From NCBI GenBank assembly GCA_018985225.1, contig JADGIF010000423.1, positions 1 through 8,856 of the forward strand: a stretch of 8,856 bases of DNA. Direction: 5' to 3'. A model generated the notes under the pieces. That model saw only the letters and a program-made list of their open reading frames with translations. It ran no database searches and was not told the origin of the DNA. The translations under genes were made by a program, and so were the position numbers. The first letter of the stretch is position 1, and each line of letters opens with the position of its first letter. The DNA is from Amoeboradix gromovi X-113 (taxonomy: Eukaryota; Fungi; Sanchytriomycota). Of this stretch, positions 1-7,264 are shown in pieces.

Positions 1-126
1 TCATATTAATAAATAATCAGTGCAATGTTACGACAAGATAGTATACTTAGCTTTGGAAAGAAGCTTTTGATCAAATCAGAAGTTAAGATTTCGCAGTTAC
101 CTTTTTTTCATTGCCTCCCCAGGATT

Positions 127-218
127 CCTCAATAAAGGTCCTGGTTTCCAAATAAAATCGAGAATTCCCAAAAAGAAACCGAAGCCAGAGAACCTGTTTT
201 AGTGATTGCTCACGCCTA
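127..218 (-). repeat. Dispersed repeat family B, copy 1 (inverted)
   Basis: The reverse complement reads TAGGCGTGAGCAATCAC...GGAATTCTCGATTTT..GGAAACCAGGACCTTTATTGAGG. It shares exact GCGTGAGCAA (206-215) and AATTCTCGATTTT (154-166) with copies 2 and 3. Confidence 0.8.
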
Positions 219-311
219 TAACAAGTGATGTTGTAAAAACCTTTGCGAAGATTAGAGATTTGCCACTTAAAATGTGGTTTGTAAATATTTGCTACAAAAG
301 TTGTTCAATTT

Positions 312-890
312 TTATTCATTGTCACTCAGTGTCTGGTTACTTCTGGTTGCTTCAGTATCGTTGTCCGCTTCATAGTACTCAATTGGGCTTTCATATACAT
401 CAAGGATTATATCTGTAATTTCTGTTTCATCAACCCCAAATAGTTTGAAGAATTGGTTGTCACTCTCTGTTTTGCTTCGTTTTGGTGCCTTCTTCCACTT
501 CAACGTGTCAGACTTTGTTGAAATATCTTCAGCAACAAAAACAGTTTTACTTAGTGAGCTGTTTTCAATCAATTCGTTCTCCAAAAAATGTAAAATAACT
601 TTGTCATATTTTTCAGTTACTTCTACCTGGACTCCGGAGATGTATTGTAGTAGGTTAGTGTCTTCATCATTGAAATGCTGGCTCAATGGACTGTTATTAA
701 AGCACGCAAGCCAAAAATTTGGAATCTTTTTTAACAATTCATCTCTTTGTTTGTACAGCGGTAGCTTCTCTTTAAAATATTTTACTTTCAAAGTTCTCAA
801 TTCCTTCTCCAACTTCTTATCTATTTCTTCTAACTTTCCCAAGATGCCCTCTACACTTTTTTGTTCAACTTCATTCAACATTTGGGACAT
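312..890 (-). CDS. Nucleosome assembly protein (NAP/SET/Vps75) family histone chaperone, 192 aa
   Basis: N-terminal long helix followed by the NAP signature PLYKQRDELLKKIPNFWLACF, then LHFLENELIENSSLSK, LKWK, FFKLF and DVYESPIEYY. Open ATG..TAA with no intron needed. Confidence 0.92.
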   Translation of the reverse strand: MSQMLNEVEQKSVEGILGKLEEIDKKLEKELRTLKVKYFKEKLPLYKQRDELLKKIPNFWLACFNNSPLSQHFNDEDTNLLQYISGVQVEVTEKYDKVILHFLENELIENSSLSKTVFVAEDISTKSDTLKWKKAPKRSKTESDNQFFKLFGVDETEITDIILDVYESPIEYYEADNDTEATRSNQTLSDNE

Positions 891-942
891 GCTCCAGCAG
901 ACAGGAGGGGTTCAAGGGATAAAAAAGAAAATCACACATTGA

Positions 943-1360
943 ATTATATGACAGAAACCTTATTGAAAAGTACCTAAAACTCTATAGTTTTTGTTCTGTA
1001 GGGCCGAGTTTAACTAGCCACAAATATAAAAAATCCCAAGTATTCAAATTCGATTAAGGATATAGTTCGCGATAATCAGTCATAAACGTAAGCACTCTGT
1101 TCTTGAACTGGTATGCAAAACCAGTTGTAGGCTCTTATATTTAGCAAGAAATCATTTAGTGGATTACTTTGTCTTTTTTTCGCCTTTTTGGGCGCAATCT
1201 TACCATACACAAATATACCCAAATCTTTACAAACAGCACTAATCTTCTTACTAAGTATCTCGCATTTCACACTATCTACGAGGACTGAAAACACCGTAAG
1301 CAATCTACACACTAAGCTGTACGGTCTACGATAACCAAATAATAATCTGAACCATCTCAA
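943..1360 (-). pseudogene. Degraded Ulp1/SENP (peptidase C48)-like protease fragment
   Basis: Minus-strand translation gives LLNIRAYNWFCIPVQEQSAYVYD*LS (cf. HW...YDSL). After one frameshift it gives WLVKLGPTEQKL*SFRYFSIRFLSY (cf. W....PxQ.....CGxFxxxFxxY). The motif order fits C48, but His and Cys are mutated and there are stops. Confidence 0.5.
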
Positions 1361-1636
1361 ATAATTTAATCAACAATGCGCAAAAAAATAGGTGATGGAG
1401 TTCCACGTCATCAAGAGAAACAATGCAGCTAGTCCTTATGATAAATCCAGATTTGTGAGTATGCTTTTACGAATCTTTTCGCTTAGGACAGAAGGAAAAA
1501 TTGATTTCAATACCGAGGAATAGCTGCTAAGCTGTAACAAGTGAAGTAGTCCTGCTTTGAAAGAGAATTAAGAGATGATAGAATTGCTGAAGAATTGGAA
1601 AAGGTTATATGTCGCCCTTGTCGAATGACTCGTGCC

Positions 1637-2620
1637 AAGACATGCAAGTCTTGATGAATACGTAATTACAATGCCAGTCTGAGGTCTTTGAGACTGTATC
1701 AATCTAATTGATTTGGGATAAATCCAGATTATCCGGGCGCATTAATTTAACCCAAAAGAACACTGATTTAAAGATTCTTTCCAATATCGTACTTGTAGAA
1801 GATTGTACAAATACATTGTGGAATGACACATCATACTTGAAAAAGAGCATAGCAGAGTGCAATACTAAATAAATATTTAAATGCATTTATCGCCTTTAGG
1901 CATCAATAAAACCGTAACAACGGAAAGCATTGATTTTGATAAATGCTTGAACTTCAGAGGAAATCAAGCGCCTTCTAATAGAGAGCCGTTTGCGTTTGTC
2001 GACCAAAGATGCAATGGGAAACTCTAGGACTAATCTATTAATACCACATTTCTTTTGGATCCAACCATGAGTAATCCAAAATCAATTTTTATCAACTGGT
2101 GCTTTCTTTATTTGAAGTCATGTAGGCAATTTGGTGCAACAATCATATCAGGTGTCATAAGTATTCTGAAGCAAGAGTTGGCAGCAGAAGACAATATTTT
2201 TGATAATGAGTTATATGGCGCCAGTGTTACGATTGATAATTTCTGGAGTAGATACAAAAAAAGTAAACTGTACAGACTTAATCAGATTTTAGCGGCTATC
2301 AGACATACTTCTGTTGATTGCGAGTGTTCAAAGGTGCAGAATGGAACCAGATACATAGACTTATACATCTCAATTCATACCAAGTACATAGAACTGGACT
2401 GGGCAGTACAAAATTCAACAAAGAGCTAAAGCTGGCAGAACAAGAACATTCGTATGAATAATACAAAGAGATGCGCAGATTTGGTTCAGTTTAAAGAAAT
2501 AAATTATTAAAGATAGCATGCTTGAGTTAAATTGCTCTAGTATTCAAATTAAGCCATTGTGCTGAATGAGTGTTGAGATTAGGTTAATACGGATTAGATT
2601 AATCTAAACTTAAATGTCTA
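1637..2620 (+). mobile_element. Non-autonomous hAT-family DNA transposon relic (family A, copy 1)
   Basis: Left TIR AAGACATGCAAGTCTTGATGAAT (1637-1659). Right TIR reverse complement TAGACATTTAAGTTTAGATTAAT (2598-2620). Subterminal GGATTA/TAATC-like motifs. Internal hAT transposase motifs occur in the correct order. Both arms are homologous to 6760-7176. No TSD is recognisable (ctcgtgcc vs actgacat). Confidence 0.85.
1741..2429 (+). pseudogene. C-terminal half of a hAT transposase, with stops and frameshifts
   Basis: LVEDCTNTLWNDTSYL at ~1792-1840 (cf. D..TRWNSTY.M), TTFLLDP at 2043-2063 (cf. A..LDPR), and FWSRYKKSKLYRLNQILAAIRHTSVDCECS at ~2241-2330 (cf. hAT C-terminal dimerisation domain FW...L..LA..L.IPATSV.xERxFS). 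Confidence 0.75.
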
Positions 2621-2751
2621 ACTGACATCATATTGTACGCGAAAGTCTCATATATTAAACAGAAAGAGGCTTTTGAGAAGTTCAAGACACAGATTAAATG
2701 GGAGAAAAAAGCTTGTTCTTCAAAAATGAACATCGCTAACTAATTAGAACT

Positions 2752-2848
2752 CGGGGAACTGGAAGCGTGAGCAAAACTATAACAGATAGCCTGGCCATAT
2801 TGGTTTCATTGCAGAAATTCTCGATTTTTTGAAAATCCAGGTTTCAGC
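2752..2848 (+). repeat. Dispersed repeat family B, copy 2
   Basis: CGGGGAACTGGAAGCGTGAGCAA...AATTCTCGATTTT (2765-2774, 2816-2828). Weak similarity to copy 3 may extend to ~2960. Confidence 0.8.
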
Positions 2849-3043
2849 TTGACTATTTTCTTGAATAAATCATTTATCGCGAATTTGTATGCATTTTTGT
2901 ATCATTTCAAGACTTTTCCAGATTTTTCTAATACCTTAAACACTCGATATTCTTCCTTTCGCAAATGGTAAATCGATTCTAAAGAAATAATTAGCAGGTA
3001 CAGCATACATTCGTCTCAGAATGATAAGCTGGTCCAAACACGG

Positions 3044-3266
3044 AAATTCGATACCATGTACAGTATGTGCCACTCTAAAGAAAACTAATTTGGAGAACTA
3101 TTCATGTACATAGTGTCGTTTGGAAGTCGACATGGGCCACATGGCACCAAGGAACAAATTCGATGCCATGTACGAGGTATGGTACTCTAAAGAAAACCAA
3201 TTTAGAAACCTGAACCTGTACCAATTGTCATTGGAGATAGATAGAGAACATATAGCAGCAAGGAAC
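3044..3266 (+). repeat. Two tandem ~111-bp units encoding degraded Sel1/TPR-like 37-aa repeats (pseudogene fragment)
   Basis: Units 3044-3155 (112 bp) and 3156-3266 (111 bp) share AAATTCGAT.CCATGTAC, ACTCTAAAGAAAAC.AATTT and CAAGGAAC. Unit 2 reads KFDAMYEVWYSKENQFRNLNLYQLSLEIDREHIAARN. Unit 1 has a TAA and a 1-bp frameshift. Confidence 0.75.
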
Positions 3267-3305
3267 ATATACATCAAGTATATGCATCCTTATTCAACCC
3301 CGCCT

Positions 3306-3412
3306 CAGGGTAGTGAAAGCGTGAGCAATTACTGTAACGGAGCATCTAGCATTGCTAGTTTCTCTGTGGAAATTCTCGATTTTCTCGGAAATCTGGACTT
3401 TTAACGAGGAGT
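3306..3412 (+). repeat. Dispersed repeat family B, copy 3 (probable transposon end)
   Basis: CAGGGTAGTGAAAGCGTGAGCAATTACTGTAAC...TTTCTCTGTGGAAATTCTCGATTTTCTCGGAAATCTGGACTTTTAACGAGG. It begins with CAGGG, as Ac-type hAT ends do. Confidence 0.8.
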
Positions 3413-4092
3413 AAGAAGCTCTGTTCAGATAATATTAATATGCACAAAAAAATCACTAATTATACTCAAATTGTCTTCTTGAGCTGCTTCATTTACATAA
3501 GTTTTCTCTATATTTTGAGCATTCGTGTGCTTTTCTGCTTATTTCCAAACTGCAATTCCCGCTTTATGCAATATCTTTCTCTCAATCCAGAAAATGCCGA
3601 TTTATCGAAATATCACAATCCCATCACAATTGCTAGTTAAGCTAACAGGTTCCACTGCAAAAAATAGACAAACTCGTTAAGTAAATATCTTTAAGTGCAT
3701 TCAAAAAGTATAACTGCCTAACATCTTGTCTCTTAGGCTTTAAGCGGCAAGTAGCTGGTATCTATAACTCTTTTTTCTGTAGTAACTAGTCGAGTGAAAT
3801 CAGTCTTTTTCTACCAAGTTTAAACACGGTTTCTTGTTTGCAACACAGCAACACCCATAAATATCATGGTTATAGAAAATCGATTTCTCGAATTTTTCTT
3901 TGCTTCTCGTAAATCATATCTGTAGCCAAAACTACTCCCAACACAAGATTGACATTTCTTTAATTTGATGGTGTCGTGATGATTTTAATATTGGCCGATA
4001 GTCTTTTTTGATTTTGATTATATGGTTTAGGTACTTTTTTGATAGATCGCTGGGCATGTAATAATCCAGGATGTTTTTCACCCCCTTGTACC

Positions 4093-5097
4093 ATGTCACA
4101 AATATTTGTATACTTGTTATTTGCAGCTCCATTCATATTTAAAGATGTTAGTTACGAGCTGTCAAAGAGTGGAGACTTACTTAAAGTGAAGATTATCAGC
4201 AAAGTGGATGGATGGGTAGGATTTGGAGTAGGTACGGATATGGTTGGCGATATCATAATATGCTGGAAATCTCGCGACAGTGTTGTGGTGAGTAATCGGA
4301 TTGGTACTGGTGAAGATTTGCCTGCTCATAAATCGAATCCGAACTTGAAAACCATTTCTTCATCAGTAACCAGTGACGGGTTTGTTGTGGAATTCACCAG
4401 AGATTTGGAAGCTATAAACGGATTCACTACTGCTGTCCGCTCAGACTTTATGGCTGCTTACCAACCTGGAGCTATATCTAGTACTGATGTAACTTATTCT
4501 ATAGCGCAGCATCGAAGTTCTACTCGAACTGGTTTTACATACAATATTGAGACTGGAGCAGGTGAAAGCACTAGCTCTAGTAATTTTCAACTTTACCATG
4601 GCATTTTGATGAGTTGGTCATGGCTAGTTTTACTGCCTGCTTCCTTCTTGGTTGCCAGGTTCGGCAAAAAGCGTCTAGGTGCGAAATGGTTTGTTATTCA
4701 CAAAGGCATCAATGGCCTGGTGACATTTTGCACTATAGCCGCATTGATACTTATCTGCCTATCCAAAAACAACGTGATATTCACAAACAGTGCTTTGATA
4801 AATTGGCATGCTGGAATTGGCGTGTCTCTATTTGTTTTCTTGTTTTTACAGATATTTTTGGGTGTATACATTGATAAGACATGGAATCCCAATAGAACTG
4901 AAGTGCCACCTGGTGATAAAATCCACTGGACTTTGGGGTATATTTTGATTCTGCTAGCGTTAATTAACGCAATATTGGCGTTGATTATGTCTAGTGACTC
5001 AGGAAAGTATGTGTACGCTGCACTTGCTATACTTGGTGCTTATATTATAGTATTTGCAGTTTTACAGTATAGGTTTGGTCAGGTACACGACAACTAA
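4093..5097 (+). CDS. DOMON domain + cytochrome b561 membrane protein (CYBDOM/ferric-chelate reductase-like), 334 aa
   Basis: The likely start is ATG 4093, giving a signal-peptide-like MSQIFVYLLFAA; the track's 4039 start is a TTG. DOMON motif GWVGFGVGTDMVGDIIICW supplies the Met ligand and IAQH the His ligand. Four b561 histidines lie in YHGILM, WFVIHKG, WHAGIG and KIHWTLG, with five hydrophobic helices. Confidence 0.93.
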   Translation: MSQIFVYLLFAAPFIFKDVSYELSKSGDLLKVKIISKVDGWVGFGVGTDMVGDIIICWKSRDSVVVSNRIGTGEDLPAHKSNPNLKTISSSVTSDGFVVEFTRDLEAINGFTTAVRSDFMAAYQPGAISSTDVTYSIAQHRSSTRTGFTYNIETGAGESTSSSNFQLYHGILMSWSWLVLLPASFLVARFGKKRLGAKWFVIHKGINGLVTFCTIAALILICLSKNNVIFTNSALINWHAGIGVSLFVFLFLQIFLGVYIDKTWNPNRTEVPPGDKIHWTLGYILILLALINAILALIMSSDSGKYVYAALAILGAYIIVFAVLQYRFGQVHDN

Positions 5098-5162
5098 GGG
5101 TTTTAATAAACGAAATAACTGATTACATTTTGCTTGACTTTCTCCATTGGAAATCCACTGCA

Positions 5163-5261
5163 ACTGCTTATTAAAAAGCCTTGATTACTTAAAAACTCGA
5201 GAACTTCGACAGAGAAAGTGGAAATGCCAGTCGGCGCTGTTACGAAAGTAACTTACATCAC
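5163..5261 (-). repeat. Dispersed repeat family B, copy 4 (inverted, most diverged)
   Basis: The reverse complement GTAACAGCGCCGACTGGCATTTCCACTTTCTCTGTCGAAGTTCTCGAGTTTTT..AATCAAGGCTTTTTAA aligns with copy 3 GTAACGGAGCATCTAGCATTGCTAGTTTCTCTGTGGAAATTCTCGATTTT..AATCTGGACTTTTAA. Confidence 0.7.
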
Positions 5262-5307
5262 CGGAAGCGTGGGGGGATTGAACAAGACTGCTTTTTGTTT
5301 TTGACAC

Positions 5308-6750
5308 ATGACAACAGAAATCTACTACGATGCTGAGGTCGACATAAACAATATTCAGGAATTGAGGTGTAGAAGCATGGTATGTGGTGGGTCAGATTGT
5401 GCGTATTTACACGGTTTTAACTTTAAGTACCATCAAGTATATGCTGCAATGGCAAGAATTAACAAGTTAAAATACAGATTTTTCGCAAGCAATAATAACA
5501 ATTATTCGGTTACTAACTTGACTAAGTTTCTAGTCCAACAGCGCTCTCTGTTTGTAAATTTGGGAACTTTAAGTGAATTTTTTGATCCGACTAACATGGA
5601 AGTTTATAAAAAGTCATTTCATGTGTCTGCACGTAAATTAATAAATCATCAGACCTGTAGAAATATGCTTCATGCTATTAACTTGGACATGGACGTTGAA
5701 TTTATCGAATGGTATGGATCCAAATTTGGTCCATTAGTTGCTTCACCAGTCAAAAGGACGGACTTTGTGGGAATTAAGAACATGTATATCGATGAATCTT
5801 TTGTGAGAAAGATACTACCAAAAGATACTGTTATTGATAAAAAGTCATTTAGGAAACTTATCGATCTTGTGTACAAGGATTCATCACTTGACATCAAAAT
5901 AGATGATTTATGCAAGGAGGAGAATGGCAAAAGGTATTTGTATAACTTTCCAGTAGATCTGTGTTTTATCGAAAATAGAGTAACTCCAAACTCTTTTACG
6001 CTAGAACTCCTGAGAAAATCATATACAAGCAATCTTATACCGCCTGTTGCTGTGAGTAAATCTACCAATTTGCCTCATCCTTTGCCTATAACCTTGACTT
6101 CTAGAAATGTTGGCTTCAAAATGATCCAGTGGAACGAAGATGAATTTCATAAAACTTGTCAGGATGTAGATTTTTACAAATACTTCTACAACTATGAGTT
6201 GTCTAGTTGCTTAGTAACCAGCAACAAAACCTCATTAGTTGAAAGTTCTCTTATCTTTTATTTCAGAGGATCACAATGCTGGAATTTTACTCGCCGCCAC
6301 TTTGTTTATAACTTTATGCAAACGTCAATTTTTACCTCCGAGGTACCGCTATCTTTGCTTTTCTTTTTTTTTGCTGTATTATTTCCTTTCAGTGTTCGTA
6401 TTAACATATATGAATTGGAATTAATTGTGGACAAAATATTTAATTTTCATCTGCCAATAATCGTTCCAAACTACGTTGATTTATTGATTAGTAAAAATGA
6501 CCATAGAATTCAGTTTGAAAAAGGTTATTTTATTTTAGATTTCAGCAACAAATTGCATAGAATCAAAATTAAGATCTACAGCAACTGGCTGGTGGCTTTT
6601 GTCAAGAATCCTTCCAATAATTCGGAAATGAAATCAAAGCTTTTCAACGACTTATTTTGGACAATACCAGTTGCAATTGCAAGCATTCCTTATTGTGGCA
6701 AATTTGCCCAATATTCCAAGGAATCACTTGAGTCTTTACTTAACGTTTAG
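5308..6750 (+). CDS. Hypothetical protein, 480 aa, with N-terminal CCCH-type zinc-finger-like motif
   Basis: Uninterrupted 1443-bp ATG..TAG ORF in AT-rich DNA. CRSMVCGGSDCAYLH = C-x4-C-x4-C-x3-H. There is one hydrophobic stretch (VPLSLLFFFFAVLFPF). No other family is recognised. Confidence 0.8.
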   Translation: MTTEIYYDAEVDINNIQELRCRSMVCGGSDCAYLHGFNFKYHQVYAAMARINKLKYRFFASNNNNYSVTNLTKFLVQQRSLFVNLGTLSEFFDPTNMEVYKKSFHVSARKLINHQTCRNMLHAINLDMDVEFIEWYGSKFGPLVASPVKRTDFVGIKNMYIDESFVRKILPKDTVIDKKSFRKLIDLVYKDSSLDIKIDDLCKEENGKRYLYNFPVDLCFIENRVTPNSFTLELLRKSYTSNLIPPVAVSKSTNLPHPLPITLTSRNVGFKMIQWNEDEFHKTCQDVDFYKYFYNYELSSCLVTSNKTSLVESSLIFYFRGSQCWNFTRRHFVYNFMQTSIFTSEVPLSLLFFFFAVLFPFSVRINIYELELIVDKIFNFHLPIIVPNYVDLLISKNDHRIQFEKGYFILDFSNKLHRIKIKIYSNWLVAFVKNPSNNSEMKSKLFNDLFWTIPVAIASIPYCGKFAQYSKESLESLLNV

Positions 6751-6759
6751 AAGCACTAA

Positions 6760-7176
6760 TATACATGTAAGTTTGGTTTAATCCCTAATCCCAGTCTGAG
6801 GTTGGGGAGATTGGATTAATATAATCCAAGAGGGATTAGCCTAGGTTTATAAATTTAACTGAAAACACTGATTTAAAGGCGCTTTTGTTGTAATTAGGTC
6901 AGTAAGTGCTAATATCTTATTTCAAAGTTGTACAAGTACACTGTGGCAAGATAAATTTGCTGAAAGAAAAGTTGGCAGGACAAGAAGATTCGCCTGAATT
7001 ATGCAAAGAGATGAACAAATCTGGTTAAGTTTATAATAAATCCATTTATTAGATATATCATGCCTGAGTCAACTTGCTCTACTAGTCAGATTAAGCCATT
7101 GAGCTCAATCGGTGTTGAGAGTATGTTCATCTAATCCCGATTAATCTTGTGAAATTAATCTAAACTTGCATATCTA
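6760..7176 (+). mobile_element. MITE-like hAT deletion derivative (family A, copy 2), 417 bp
   Basis: TIRs are TATACATGTAAGTTTGGTTTAAT (6760-6782) and reverse complement TAGATATGCAAGTTTAGATTAAT (7154-7176), 18/23 identical. The flanking 8-mers agcactaa and agcagcat match at 5/8, a possible decayed TSD. 6968-7033 matches 2428-2493 at 54/66 positions. There are multiple GGATTA/TAATCC subterminal motifs. Confidence 0.88.
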
Positions 7177-7264
7177 AGCAGCATATCGTAATATGGATTG
7201 CGCTTCCTTATTTTGTATTTCGCGTGCAGAAAAAAGCTAAATCAAAGTCAATTATTTATTAACA

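Noticed and set aside
445-942. 165-aa plus-strand ORF (also 206-418)
   Set aside because: Antisense shadow of the NAP gene with a TTG start and no motifs.
1704-1886. 60-aa minus-strand ORF (likewise 3440-3640 and 3932-4132)
   Set aside because: Short ORFs within or next to TE relics with no recognisable motifs.
3044-3266. Tandem repeat as a CRISPR-like array
   Set aside because: There are only two units, they are similar along their whole length with no unique spacers, the period is a codon multiple, and the context is eukaryotic.
4076-4088. TTTCACCCCCTTG as the partner TIR of CAGGGTAGTGAAA at 3306
   Set aside because: Only 10/13 identity, no TSD (ccccgcct vs taccatgt), and it sits 4 bp from a start codon; chance cannot be excluded.
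4614-4892. Short alternative-frame and antisense ORFs within the DOMON-b561 gene
   Set aside because: They lie wholly inside a well-supported gene and have no independent signal.
6343-6392. Intron-like GTACCG...polypyrimidine...TTTCAG in the orphan gene
   Set aside because: It is 50 nt long; splicing would shift frame into an immediate TAA, whereas the unspliced frame stays open for ~120 more codons.
5670-6424. ORFs 5670-6068 (-) and 6239-6424 (+)
   Set aside because: Nested shadows of the 480-aa ORF.
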